DNA from: the human T2T-CHM13v2.0 reference genome, Homo sapiens
DNA length: 64,000 nt
Direction: 5' to 3' (one strand)
NCBI RefSeq assembly: GCF_009914755.1
Contig: NC_060947.1
Of the stretch, positions 1-13,597 are shown one piece after another; positions within the stretch are counted from its first letter, which is position 1; every line of letters starts with the position of its first letter. Position numbers and translations under genes: made by a program. Under the pieces are notes generated by a model. It saw only the letters and a list, made by a program, of their open reading frames with translations. It was not told where the DNA came from and made no database searches.

Positions 1-3000
1 TTTTATATTTTGGTGGGTATTGTAAATGGGATTATGTTCTTGATTTCACTCTCAGCTTGAACATTATTGGTGTATAGAAATGCTACTGATTTTTGTACTT
101 TGATCTCATATCCTGAAACTTTACTGAAGTTGTTTATCAGTTCCAAGATCCTTTCGGCAGAGTCTATAGGGTTTCCTAGGTAAAAAATCATATTATCTCC
201 AAACAAAGAGTTTGAATTCCACTTTTCCTATTTGGATGCTTTTAATTTATTTTTCTTGCCTAATTTCTCTGGTCAGGACATCTAGTACTATGTTGAATAG
301 GAGTGGTGAGAGTTGGCATCATAGTCTTACTCCAGTTCTCAAGCGGAATGCTTACAGTTTTTGACTATTCAGTATGATATTGGCTATGGGTTTCTCATAG
401 ATGACTCTTATTATTTTGAGGTATGTTCCCTTGATGCCTAGTTTCTTGAGGGTATTTTTTATCATGAAGATATGTTGGATTGTTTTTTCCATTTATTGAG
501 ATGATCATATGGTTTTTGTTTTTAGTTCTATTTATGTGGTGAATCACATTTATTGATTTGTATGTTGAACCAACCTTGCATCCCAGAAATGAAGTCTACT
601 TGATCCTGGTGAATTAACTTTTTGATGTGCTGTTGGATTCAATTTGCTTGTATTTTGTTGAGGATTTTTGCATCTATATTCATCAGAGACATTGGCCAGT
701 AGTTTTCCTTTTTAATTGTCTTTGCCAGATTTTGGTATCAGGGTGATGTTGGCTTCATAGAATGAGTTAGGGTCCTCTTTTATTTTTTTTTCAGGAAGGA
801 ATAATTTCATAGTATAGGTACCAGCTCTTCTTTGTATATTTCATAGCATTTGGCTGTGAATCCATCTAATCTGGGGCTTAAATTTAAGTTTTTGATCCAT
901 CTTGAGTTAATTTTTGTATATGGTGAGATAAAGTCCAGTTTTGTTCTGGATATTAGTCCCTTGTTAAATTGATAGTTTGCAAATATTTTCTCCAATTCTA
1001 TAGGTTGTCTCTTCATTCTCGATTGTTTCCTTTGCTGTACAGAAGCTTTTTAGTTTAATATAGTCCCATTTCTCTATTTTTGTTTGTGTTAACTGTGCTT
1101 TTGAGGTCTCAGCCATAAAATCTTTGCCTATACGAATGTCCTATAGTGTTTTGCCCATGGTCTCTTCTAGAGTTTTATAGTTTTGGGTCTCACATTTAAG
1201 TCTTTAACATATCTTGATTTTATTTTTGTATATGGTGAAAGATAGAGGTCCAGTTTCATTTTTCTGCATATGTATATAAATTTTCCCTGCACCATTTGTT
1301 GAAGAGGGTGTCCTTTCCCCTATGCATTTTCTTGACATTTCTCTCAAAAATCAGTTGGCTATAAATGCATTGCTTTGTTTCTGCATTCTCTACTCTGTTC
1401 CATTGGTCTGTGTGTCTGTTTTTATATAAATTCTATGCTGTTTTGGTTACTATAGCCTTGTAATATATTTTGAAGTCAAGTAGTGTGATGCCAACAGCTT
1501 TTAACTGTTTTGCTCAGGGTTTCTTTGACTATTCATTGTCTTCTGTGATTCAACTGGAATTTTAGGATTTTTTTCTAATTCTATGAAAAATGACTTTTGT
1601 ATTTTTATAGGAATTGCATTGAATCTATGGATTGCTTTGGGCAGTATGGTCATTTTAACGATATTATTTTTTCCAATCCATGAGCATGGAATTGCTTTCT
1701 ATTTGGTTGTGTCATCTATAATGTATTTTATCAGTCTTCTGTAATTTTCTTTATAGAGATTTTTCACCTTCTTGGTTAAATTTATTCCTAGGTATGTCAT
1801 TTTTGTAACTATTGAAAATAGGAATGCAGTCTTGATTTCTTTCTCAGCTAGTTTATCATTGCTGTTTTGAAACACTACTGATGTATGTTGATTTTGTATT
1901 CTCTAACTTTACCAAATTTACTAATCAGATAAGAGTTTTTAGGTGTAGCTTAATCCAACCCAATTGTCCTATAGAACTAATATTTATGGGGTTTTTGGAA
2001 TAAACATAGAAATTGACCCCCCCGCCGCCAGTCTTAAAACTTGAAACTTAATATCTGTCTCATGTGAGTTCTTTCCTCAGGAAACTATCTCTCAAGCAAG
2101 GGACTGAAGCTCACCAGATCACTGCATCCAGACAGTGAGATGCTAGACCCCTCATTTGATTACCTTCCATACCCCTCCCTAGTTCCCGTTTCACATTCCT
2201 TCCCCACTATGAGAATATTCAGTTTTAGTCAGTTGAGGAGACAGATTTGAGATGTATCTCCCATTCTCGTGATTGATACCAACTAAATAAAAAGCCATCT
2301 TCCCTGGCAATAGTCATTATCTCAGTGATTGGCTTTCTGTGTGGTGATTAACAGGACCTAGACCCTGGCATTTCAGTAACAGACTATGGATTGTTCTAGA
2401 TACAAGATCATATTGTCATTAGTAGAGAAGGACAATTTGACTTCCTCTTTTCCTATTTGTTTGCTTTTTATTTCTTTCTCTTGCCTGATTTTATCGTTAA
2501 GACTTCCAGTACTATGTTGAATAGTAGTGGTAAAAGTGGGCACCCTGTTCCAGTTAGTCCTTAGTGAAAGGCTTTCAGATTTCACCCATTCAGTGCAGCG
2601 TTAGCTGTGGGTTTGTCATATCTGGTCTTTACTTGGAGGGGGATACCTCTCTTCTATAAACAGTGTGTTGAGTTTCATTATAAATGTTGCTGAATTTTAT
2701 CAGCTGATTTTTCTGTGTCTGTTGAAATGGTCATATGGGTTTTGTCCTTGATTCTGTTGACATGATGTATCACATTTATTGATTTATACATATTGAATCC
2801 CTGGTATAAATATCAACTTAAATCCCTGGGGTAAATACCCCTTAAATCCCTGGGGTAAATATCAACTGATCATATTGTATTACGTTTTTTGATGTGCTGT
2901 TGGATTTGGTTTGCCAGTATTTTGCTGAAGATTTTTGTGTCTATGCTCATCAGGGATATTGGACTGTAGTTTTCTTTTCTTTTTGTGTCTTTGTCTGGTT

Positions 3001-3325
3001 TTGGTATCAAAATAATACTGACCTTGTAGAATGAGTAAGGGAGAAAGTCCTCCTCTTCGATTTTTTGTAATAGTTTTAAGATAATTTGTGTTAGTTCTTC
3101 TTTGAAAGTTTGGTAGAATTGGGCAGTGAACCCATCCAGTCCTGGACTTTTTTTTTGGTGTGGGGAGACTTTTTAGTGTTGTTTTGATTTCATTACCTGT
3201 TATTGGCCTGTTCACGTTTTCTATTTCTTCTTGATTCATTCTTGGTAGGTTATATGTGTCCAGGAATTTATTCATTTCCTCTAGGTTTATTAGTGAATAG
3301 TTGCTCATAATAGTCCCTGATTCTG
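1..3325 (-). mobile_element. Old L1 (L1PB/L1MA-like) ORF2 fragments, rearranged at ~875 and interrupted by an LTR
   Basis: Minus-strand ORFs carry ORF2 motifs ([38 protein letters not shown]). ORF 807-1016 fuses C-terminal and mid-ORF2 segments. Confidence 0.85.
1944..2381 (+). mobile_element. Solo ERV1-class LTR (MER39/MER34-like)
   Basis: TG...CA ends and AATAAA near 2287. L1 sequence resumes in register on both sides. Subfamily recalled from memory. Confidence 0.65.
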
Positions 3326-3483
3326 GTAGAAAAGATATCAACCTAATGACAGAACATGGCTCTGCATAATAGGGTTTTTTTGACACTAGCAGTTCACCTC
3401 AATGAGTTCTCCAACCACTTATCTTTCCTTTGCTTCTTCTTTTGGTTTGAGTTCTTATATTAGCTTTTAAAATAAACTTATAG

Positions 3484-3525
3484 ATCATAATATCCGTCGG
3501 CAGAAGGATAGATTATTATTGGAGG
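3484..3525 (+). pseudogene. TSX: Candidate short fossil TSX exon (42 nt)
   Basis: Unique sequence bounded by ttatag| and |gtaagt. Translation (D)HNIRRQKDRLLLE aligns only loosely to recalled mouse Tsx DDDTDDQADEPLS. Lies 1.2 kb upstream of the clear exon. Confidence 0.5.
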
Positions 3526-4409
3526 GTAAGTTATGAAAACTTGTATTCACGTTAATTGTCATCTTTGTGGTGACAGCTGTATTGAATTAAAATGAACAAC
3601 AAGCACTAAACTATCTTGTTACATACTGGGGTGAAGCATACATAAGGTGTACCCCTTCCTGGGACATTTTGGAGTAATAGCTAGGAATTTATCACACTTC
3701 ATTTGTTAAAAGAAATAAACCTTTGCTCTCTCTACTCACTGACATTGGTAACTTCTTCTGACTCAAAAGAGTACTACTGGAACAAGCCTCCAAAAAAAGG
3801 TGTCTTTGGGGTCTTGATTACTCATGTTGTTCTTCCAGCCTTTTTTATGGAAGTTGGTCGGTGCCAGCTTCTGTTTTGTACTCAGTTTTCAGCCTGGGAT
3901 CCTCCCAAGACTAAATGGACTGAGATTGCTAATAACTCTAAAGAATGAAGTACAATGCCTTAGAAATCTGGTAAACTGAACTACCAGGAACACTAGCAGA
4001 AAATAAGATTTTAGATTTAGAGTTTTCTTAGAGCTTATTTATTTAATAATGAGAGCAGGGGATAGGAGACTCAAAGTGCAACCATTCCCTTTTGCAGAAG
4101 CACAACCTCAATTGCCTAGACAAGCATGTTTTCCACTGTGAATGGCTCAGAATTATCATTGCAACATAGGTAAAACACTTTGTTATCACTGGTAAACCTA
4201 CTTTTATTAATAATATTGGAAATCGAAACTTAATACCTGTGACTTGAGCCAAAAACAGGAAAAAACTGGAAATTCCAAACTGAAGCATTTTTTAAAAAGT
4301 AATCAGTAACCAAAACAAAGACATCAAGTGAACTTGCTTTAACTATCATAAATACTTTGAAGCAAAATATCTATTCAGCTCAACAAACTAAAGCATCTGG
4401 CTATAGAAT

Positions 4410-4500
4410 TATGAGAAAATGAATTCATCTCCCTGGGCTTTCATTTCCTCATCTGTAAAATAAAGAATTTGGTCTTGGTGATTCATAATCTCCCTTTAGG
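4410..4500. mobile_element. MIR fragment
   Basis: MIR core-like ctgggctttcatttcctcatctgtaaaataaag. Confidence 0.6.
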
Positions 4501-4692
4501 GAGAGCTGGCATTCTGTTGTATGTATTATTGAATTCAATATTAACTACTCATTTACTTTGTTCTAGTGTTTGGATTGCCCTTAAAATAATAGACTACTAC
4601 TAAGGTCTCTGTTTTGAATTGTATACAATATGGCATTGGGGCAAACAGCTCTCCAGAGTGTTTATTCTTATATTGTTTATTTTTTTTCCTAG

Positions 4693-4777
4693 CCATGCAG
4701 GATCATTTGCCTTCCTGCAAGATGTTCTTCAATAAAACAGGATTAGCAATGCTGATAATGGAGATATTTGCCAGAGT
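4693..4777 (+). pseudogene. TSX: Fossil TSX exon (85 nt) with in-frame TAA at 4733-4735
   Basis: Strong acceptor tttttttcctag and donor gtaagt. Translation [27 protein letters not shown] matches recalled mouse Tsx AAEFLHLQDILQEDRVSSTDDEDTCQA. Confidence 0.85.
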
Positions 4778-4870
4778 GTAAGTGGGACAAGAAGAACAGA
4801 TAAATGCAAAGACAACGGAAACTGAAGAGCATAGAAAATGGCAAAAGAGGAAGAATTTAGAAGATATTTG

Positions 4871-6410
4871 TCAAAGATCGGATGGTTGTAGATGTGTGGT
4901 GTTATTTCTGAGGCCTCTGTTCTGTTCCATTTGTCTGTATATCTGTTTTGGCACCAGCACCATGCTGTTTTGGTTACTGTACCCTTGTAGTATAATTTGA
5001 AGTCAGGTAGTGTGATACCTATAGCTAGGTTATTTTTGCTTAGGACTGTCTTAGCTATGTGGGCTCATTTTTGGTTCCATATAAAATTTAAAGTAGTTTT
5101 TTCTAATTCTATGAAACTGACAAAAATAAGTAATGGGGAAAAAATTCCCTATTTAATAAATAGTGTTGGGAAAACTGGCTAGTCATATGCAGAAAACTGA
5201 AACTGGACCCCTTCCTTACACCTTATACAAAAATTAACTCCAGATGGATTAAAGATTTAAATGTTAGACCTAAACCCATAAAAACCCTAGAAGAAAACTT
5301 AGGCAATACCATTCAGGACATAGGCATGGGCAAAGACTTCATGACTAAAACACCAAAAGCAAAAGCAACAAAAGCCAAAATTGACAAATGGGATATAATG
5401 AAACTAAAGAGCCTCTGCACAGCAGAAGAAACTATCATCAGAGTGAACAGGCAACCCACAGAATGGGAGAAAATTTCTGCAATATGTCCATCTGACAAAG
5501 GGCTAATATGCAGAATCTACAAAGAACTTAAAAAAATTTACAAGAAAAAAACAAACAACCTCATCAAAAAGTGGACAAAGGATATGAACAGACACTTCTC
5601 AAAAGAAAACATTTATGTAGCGAACAAACATATGAAGAAAAGCTCATCATCACTGGTCATTAGAGAAATGCAAATCAAAACCACAATGAGATACCATCTC
5701 ATGCCAATTAGAATGGCGATCATTAAAAAGTCAGGAAACAACAGATGCTGGCAAGGATGTGGAGAAATAGGAATGCTTTTACACTGTTGGTGGGAGTGTA
5801 AATTAGTTCAACTATTGTTGAAGACAGTGTGGCAATTGCTGAAGGATATAGAATCAGAAATACCATTTGACCCAGCCATCCCATTACTGAGTATATACCC
5901 CAGGGATTATAAATCATTCTACTATAAAGACACACATACACGTATGTTTATTACAGCACTGTTCACAATAGCAAAGACTTGGAATCAACCCAAATGCCCA
6001 TCAATGATAGACTGGACAAAGAAAACGTGGCACATATACACCATGGAATACTATGCAGCCATAAAAAAGAATGAGTTCACGTCCTTTGCAGGGGCATGGA
6101 TGAAGCTGGAAACCATCATTCTCAGAAAACTAACACAGGAACAGAAAACCAAACACCACATGTTCTCACTCACAAGTGGGAGTTGAACAATGAGAAAACA
6201 TGGACACAGGGAGGGAAACATCACACACGAGGGCCTGTTGGAGGCTGGGGGGCTAGGGGAGAGATAGCATTAGGAGAAATACCTAATATAGATGATGGGT
6301 TGATGGGTACAGCAAACCACCATGGCATGTGTATTTGTAGGTAACAAACCTGCACATTCTGCACATGTATCTCACAACTTAAAATATAGCAAAAAAAATT
6401 TTTTTTAAAA
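4871..6410 (+). mobile_element. 5'-truncated, 5'-inverted L1PA (L1PA7-like); inverted part 4871-~5115, sense part ~5116-6410
   Basis: Open 286-aa ORF2 C-terminus (5326-6186, CWWECKLVQ), L1PA 3'UTR and A-tail. TSD agaagatatttg at 4859-4870 and 6411-6422. Confidence 0.93.
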
Positions 6411-6699
6411 AGAAGATATTTGCTTATGTGTCATGCTGGGATAGTGTTGTCCACTGAAAATTCAAGTACACTTATAATGTATATTTAGCTACTGGTTGTG
6501 ATCTTTTATATATCCTGCTTTTAGAGCTTTAAAATAAAAATATGTGGCTAGATGGACACATAATTACTCATAGAGTTTTCTCTTTCTCTTCTTTCTCCTC
6601 TGCCTATTTCTGAAGGTATTTTGGGGACCAAGAAAAAAACTGACTATGCCCCTATAATATGCCATTTTAAAAATTGGATCCTGAGTATGTTCACAGGTC

Positions 6700-7470
6700 T
6701 GCAAACCCTTATGTTTAAGGTTTAGTTGCAGGAAAGATCACCTAATAAGTCATATTGTATTTCAATTTTCTATAATATTCCAGCATGTTGTTAAATATTT
6801 TTATTGATGAGGAATTAATTGCCTCCCATGGAAGTCTGTTAAATCTTTGAATAGCTCTACTGTTTCAAGTTTTCTACTTATGCCAAGCAAAGAGCTTTAC
6901 TTTTTAACTGTTTATTCTAATTCATCTCCTCTGGACCATGTATGACAAATCTAATGCTGCCTGTACATGATAGACCTTCAAACTTGTAAAGATAGTGGTC
7001 CTTCTTCCCACTATGACTTCAGCCCTGAGTCTTCTCCTGGCTATACCAAATATTCAAAATCTATTCAACCTTTCCTCATGTGACTTAATTTGGAGTCCCC
7101 TCACCATGCTGGTTCTCTAAACACATTTTAGCTTGTTTGGGCATGTTTTAAGATGTGGCTTTCTGAAATGAATGCAGTACTTCAGGAGTTAATCAGAGCA
7201 CAAGAAGATAGGACTGTCACCTGCTTCATTCTACATACTATATTTCTGTTAATTCAGCCTAAAGTAAATCTGCTACCTATTCAATCATATTTTATATTTA
7301 TCCTACTACCAAGTAAAATTATTAGTATATATGCTAAATAGAGTTTTTTAACCATTTTACATGTACAATTGCTTTTATGTTAAACATGTATATTAAATTT
7401 CATATTGTAAAATTGGACCCATTCAAATCTGGCAAGAGATCTTTTTGCGGGATTCTAATTTGGTTATCTG
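6700..7470. mobile_element. Possible highly decayed CR1/L3 LINE
   Basis: Loose resemblance to L3 3' sequence only. Confidence 0.35.
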
Positions 7471-8084
7471 ACATACTGTCTTATATACTTCTTTTTTCTA
7501 GCTTTATTGAGATACACTTGACAAATAAAAATTGTATATATTTAAAGTATATGACATGATGATTTGATATACATTGTAAAATGATTGTCAAGATGAAATT
7601 AATTAACTATCCATTACCACATGTAGCTACCATTTATTATGTTGAAAATACAATCTACTCTCTTAGCAAATTTCAAGAATGCAATACAGTATTATTAATT
7701 ATAGTCATCATGCTGTACATTAGATCCCCAGAATTTACTCATAGATTTACTCATAAATTTGCACACATCAGCCAACATCTCCCCATTTTCTCCACTTCCC
7801 AGCCTCTGGCAACCTATGTTTTACATTCTGCTTCTATGTGCTCTACTTCTTTAGATCCCACATATACATGAGATAGTATACTATTTTTCTTTCTTTCTGA
7901 GTCTGGCTTCTTTCACTTAGCATAATGTCTTCCAGGTTCCTCTATGTTTTCAGAAATGGCATGATTTCCTTCTTTTTTATTGTTAAATACTATTCCATTG
8001 TATATATACATTTTCTTTTTTTCATAAAGGAAATAACATTTTTTATTATTTTGGAGGGTGGGTGGTTTAAGTACTTTTTAAATT

Positions 8085-8790
8085 TTTTTCTTCCAAATTT
8101 TATTTTAGGTTCAAGGAGTACATGTGCAGGTTTGTTACTAGATAATTTGCATGTCATGGGGGTTTAGTAGTCTGATTATTTTATCACCCAGGTAATGAGC
8201 ATAGTACCCAATGGGTTATTTTTTGATTCTTGCCCTTCTCCCTCTCTCCACCCTCAATTAGGCCCCAGTATCTATCAAGCCCTTCTTAGTATCCATGTGT
8301 ATTCAGTGTTTGGCTTTCAGTTGTGAGAACGTGTAGTATTTGGTTTATGCATTAATTCACTTAGGATAATGGCCGCTTGCAGCATCCATATTACAGAAAA
8401 CACTTAATTTTTTATGGCTTCATAGTATTCCATGGTGTATATGTATGACGTTTGCTTTATGCAGTCCACCACTGATAAGCATCTAGGTTGATTTCATGTG
8501 TTTGCTATTGTGAATAGTGCTGCAATGAACATATATGTGCATGTGTCTTTACACTACAATTTATATTCCTTTGGGTCTATATCCAGTGATGGGACTGCTG
8601 GGTCAAATGGTAATTCTGTTTTAAAGTCTTTGAGAAATCTCCAAACTGCTTTCCACAGTGGCTGAACTAATTTACATTCCCACTAGCAGTGTGTAAGAGT
8701 TCCCTTTCCTCCACAACCTTGACATCATCTGTTATTTTTTGACTCTTTAATAATAGCCATTCTGACTGGTGTGAAGTGGTATCTCATTTT
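8085..8790 (-). mobile_element. L1PB/old L1PA 3' fragment nested in host L1M
   Basis: T-rich tail then ttttaggttcaaggagtacatgtgcagg 3'UTR and ORF2 C-terminus. Confidence 0.75.
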
Positions 8791-10200
8791 ATACCACATT
8801 TTCTTTATTTATCAGTGGACGTTTAGATTATATTGATATATTGGATCTTGCGAATAATGCTGCAATGAATATGGTGATGACAATATCTCTTGGATATACT
8901 GCTTTCATTTCCTTTAAATATATATCCAGAAATGGAATTGCTGGCTCCTGTGGTAATTCTCTTTTAAATTTTTTGAGGAACCTCCATACTTTTTTCCATA
9001 ATGGTTGTACCAACTTACATTCACTACAACAGTGTACAAGGGTTTCCTTTTTTCCACATCCTTACTAACACTTATCTTTTGACTTTTTGATAATAGCCAT
9101 CCTAATAGGTATGAAGTAATATGTCATTACAGTTTTAATTTGCATTTACCTGATGATTATTGATGCTGAGCACCTTTTTACATACTTGTTGGCCATTTGT
9201 ATGTCCTCTTTGAAAAATATCTATTCAGGTCCTCTGATCATTTTTTAATCAGATTTTCTTTTTTACTTTTGACTTGTAGGAGTTCCTTATATATTTAGAC
9301 ATTAACCACTTGTGGAATGTTTGACTTGAAAATATTTTCTCTATTTCTGGGGTTTGCCTTTTCATTTTGTTGTTTTGCAGAAACTTTTTAGTTTGATACA
9401 GTCCCACTTGTTTTTTTTTGTTGTTGCCTGTGTTTTCACCATCATATTTAACAAATCATTCCAAGACCAATGTCAAGGAGCTTTTTCTCTATATTTTCTT
9501 TTAGAAGTTTTTGTTCAGAACTTACATGTAAGTTTAATCTGTTCTGAGTTAATTTTTTCTTATGGTATATGCTAAGGGTGAAATTTCATCCTTTTGAGTC
9601 TGGATATGCTGTTTCTCAACACCAGTTATTGAAAAGACTATCTTTTACCAATTGTGCATTCTTGGCATCCTTGTCAAAGATTAGTTGACCATATATATGT
9701 GAGTTCATTACTGGACTCACTATTCTCTTCCATTGGTCTATTTGTCTGTTCTTATGCCAGTATGATACTATTCTGATTACGTAGCTTTGCAATATAGTTT
9801 GAAATCATGAAGTATGATGCCTTCGGCTTTGTTCTTTTTGCTCAAGATTGGTTTTGCTATTTGGGGACTTTTGTGGTTACATACTAATTTTAGGATTTTT
9901 TGCTATTTTTTTGAAAAATGATATTGGAATTTTGTTAGGAATTACATTAAATCTGTAGATCACTTTGGATAGTATGGATACTTTATTAATTCTTCCAATT
10001 CATGAACATGGGGTATCTTTTCATATATATGTGTCTTCTTTAATTTTTGACATAAATATTTTATATTTTTCAGTGTACATATCTCTCATCTCCTTGTTCA
10101 ATTTCTAAGTATTGTTTTTGATGCTATCCTAAATTGAATTGTTTTCTTAATTTCTTTTTCAAATAGTTTACTGTAGTGTGTAGAAACACTACTGATTTTT

Positions 10201-10662
10201 TATTACTATTATACTTTAAGTTCTGGGATACATGTGCAGAATATACAGGTTTGTTACATAGGTATACATGTGCCATGGTGGTTTGCTGCACCCATCAACC
10301 CGTCATCTACATTAGGTATTTCTCCTAGTACTATCCCTCCTCTAGCCTCCCACCTTCCAACAGACCCCAGTGTGTGATGTTCCCCTCCCTGTGTTCATGT
10401 GTTCTCATTGCTCAACTCCCACTTATGAGTGAGAACATGCAGTGTTTGGTTTTCTGTTCCTGTGTTAGTTTGCTGAGAATGATGATTTCCAGCTTCACCC
10501 ATGTCCCTGCAAAGAACATGACTCATTCTTTTTATGGCTGCATAGTATTCCATGGTGTATATGTGCCACATTTTCTTTATCCAGTCTATCGTTGATGGGC
10601 ATTTGGGTTGATTCCAAGTCTTTGCTATTGGGAACAGTGCTGCAGTAAACATACATGTGCAT
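10201..10662 (-). mobile_element. 5'-truncated L1PA 3' end
   Basis: Perfect 18-bp TSD gaaacactactgattttt at 10183-10200 and 10663-10680. ORF motif [11 protein letters not shown]. Confidence 0.92.
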
Positions 10663-13516
10663 GAAACACTACTGATTTTTGTATGTTGATTTTTATATTC
10701 TTCCACTTTACAGGATTTATTTATTAGTTGGAACAGTTTTTGGATGGAGTCTCTGGCATTTTCCTTTTTTTATTTTCGTGGGTGCATAGTAGACGTATAT
10801 ATTTATGGGATACATGAGATGTTTTGGTACAGGAATGCCATATGAGATAAGCACATCATGGAGAATGTGGTATCCATCCCCTCAAGCATTTATCCTTTGA
10901 GTTACAAACAATGCAAATTATACTCTTTAAGTTAGTTTAAAATGTACAATTAAGTTATTATAGACTATAGTTACCCTATAGTGCTATCAAATAGTAGGTG
11001 TATTATTTCTTACTGTTTTTGTACCCAATAAGTATCCCAATATACTCCCCAGCCCCCACTACCCTTCCCAGCCTCTGGTAACAATTCTTCTGCTCTCTAT
11101 GTCCATGAGTTTAATTGTTTTGATTTTCAGATCCCACAAATAGGTGAGAACATGCGATGTTTGTCTTTCTGTATCTGATTCATTTTGTTAAACAAAATGA
11201 TCTCCAGTTCCATCCATGTTGTTGCAAGTGATTGAATCACATTCTTTTTATCACAGAATCATGCTCCATTGTGAATATGTACCACCTTTTCTTTATCCAT
11301 TTATCTGTTAATGGACACTTAGCTTGCTTCCAAATTTTAGTTATTGTAAACAGTGCTGCAACAAACATGGGAGTGCAGATATCTCTTTGCTATACTAATT
11401 TCCTTTCTTCAGGGTATATACTCAGCAGAGGAATTGCTGGATCATATGGTAAGTAAATTTTTAGCTTTTTGAGGAACCTCCAAACTATTCTTCATAGTGA
11501 TTGTACTAATTTACATTTCCACCCACAGTGTACAAGGGTTCCCTTTTCTCCACATCTTCACCAACATTTGTTATCGCCTGTCTTTTGAAGATAATCTACA
11601 ATGAGATACTATCTCATCCCAGTTAAAGTAGGATGAGATAATATTTCATTGTGGTTTTGATTTTCATTTCTCTAATGGTCAGTGATGTTGAACTCCTTTT
11701 CATATGCCTGTTTGCCATTTGTATGTCTTTTTTTGAGAAATGTCTATTCAAGTATTTTGTCATTTTGGATCAGATTACCAGATGGTTTCCTATAGAGCTG
11801 TTTGAGCTCCTTATATATTCTGGTTATTAATCCCTTGTCAGATGGGTAGTTTGCAAATATTTCCTCCCATTCTGTGGATTGTCCCTTTACTTTGTTGTTT
11901 ATATCTTTTGCTGTGCCCAAGTTTTTTAACTTGATGTAATCCCATTTGTTTATTTCTGCTTTAGTTTCCTATCTTTGTGGGGTATTGCTTAAGAAATCTT
12001 TGCCCTGACCAATGTCCTGGAGATTTTTCCCAATGTTTTATTGTAGTAGTTTCATAGTCTGAAGTTTTAGATTTGAGTCTGTAATCCATTTTGCATTGGT
12101 TTTTGTATACAGTGAGAGATAGGGGTCTAGTTTTATTCCTGTGCATATGGATATCCAGTTTTCCCAGCACCATTTATTGAAGAGGCTGTATTTTCTGCAG
12201 TGTATGTCCTTGGCACCTTTGTCAAAAGTTAATTCACTGTAGGTATGTGAATTTGTTTCCAGGTTCTCTATTTTGTTCCATTGTTATATGTGTCTGTTTT
12301 ATGCCAGGACCATGATGTTTGGGTTAGTATAGCTCTGTAATATAATTTGAAGTCAGGCAATGTGATTCTTCCAGTTTTGTTCTTTTTGCTTAGGATACTT
12401 TTGGCTATTCTAGGTCTTTTGTGGTTCCATATAAATTTTAGAGCTTTTTTCCCCATTTCTGTGATTAATACTATTGGTATTTTTATAGGGATTGCATTGA
12501 ATCTGTAGGTCACTTTGGGTAGTCTGAGCACTTTAATAATATTTATTCTTCCCATCAATGAATATGGAATATTTTTATATTTTTTATGTCCTCTTCAATT
12601 TCTTTCATCAGTGTTTTATTGTTTTAATGCTAGAAATCTTTTACTTTTTTGGTTAATTCCTAGGTATTTAGTTTTATGTATGGCTATTATAAATGGGATT
12701 ACTCTTTAATATCTTTTATAGATTGTTCACTATTGGAATATGAAAATTCCAGTGGTTTTTGTATGTTAATTTTGTAACCTGAAACTTTACTGAATTTGTT
12801 TATCAGCTGTAATATTTTTCTCATGGAGTCTTTAGGTTTTTCCAAATATAAGATCATATCATCTGCAAACAAGGATAACTTGACTTCTTCCATTCCAATT
12901 TGGATTCTCATTATATCTTTCTCCTGTCTGATTGCTCTAGCTAAAACTTTCAGTACTATGTTGAACAACAGGGGTGACGGTGGGCATCCTTGTATTCAGA
13001 TCTTAGAGGAAAGGCTTTTACTTTTTCCCTATTCGGTATGATATTAGCTATGGATCTGTCATATATGACTTTTATTGTGTTGAGGTATGTTTCTCCTATC
13101 CCCAGTTTTTTTTAGGGTTTTTATTATGAAGCAATGTTGAATTTTATCAAATGCTTTCTCAGCATTCATTGAAATGATTATGTGGTTTTTATCCTTTATT
13201 TTGTTGTATGATTTATCACATTGATTGATGTGTGTATGTTGAACCCTTCTCACATCCCACTTGGGCATGATGAATGGTTTTTCTAATCTATTGTTGAATT
13301 CTGTTTTATAGTATTTTGTTGAGGATTTTTACATCAATAATCATCAGAGATTTTGGCTTGTAGTTTTTTTTTAATATGCCTTTATCTGGTTTTGGTATCA
13401 GGGTAATTAATATTGGCCTCATAGAAGGAGTTTAGAAGTGTTCCCTTCTCCTTTACTTTTCAAAATAGTTTGAATAGGATTGGTATTAGTAGTTATTTAA
13501 ATGTTTGGTAGAATTC

Positions 13517-13597
13517 CATGGCACAGGTTTACCTATGTAACAAACCCATACATCCTGCACATGTAGCCTGAAACTTAAAATTAAAAAAAAAAAAAAG
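13517..13597 (+). mobile_element. Extremely truncated (~80 bp) L1PA 3' end
   Basis: catggcacaggtttacctatgtaacaaacc plus poly(A), flanked by duplicated gtttggtagaattc. Confidence 0.85.

Noticed and set aside
2793-2870. Three ~24-bp repeats (aatccctgg..taaata) resembling a CRISPR-like array
   Set aside because: No spacers. It is a local slippage duplication inside L1, like those at ~14895-14960, ~20045-20085, ~40090-40135 and ~46241-46270.
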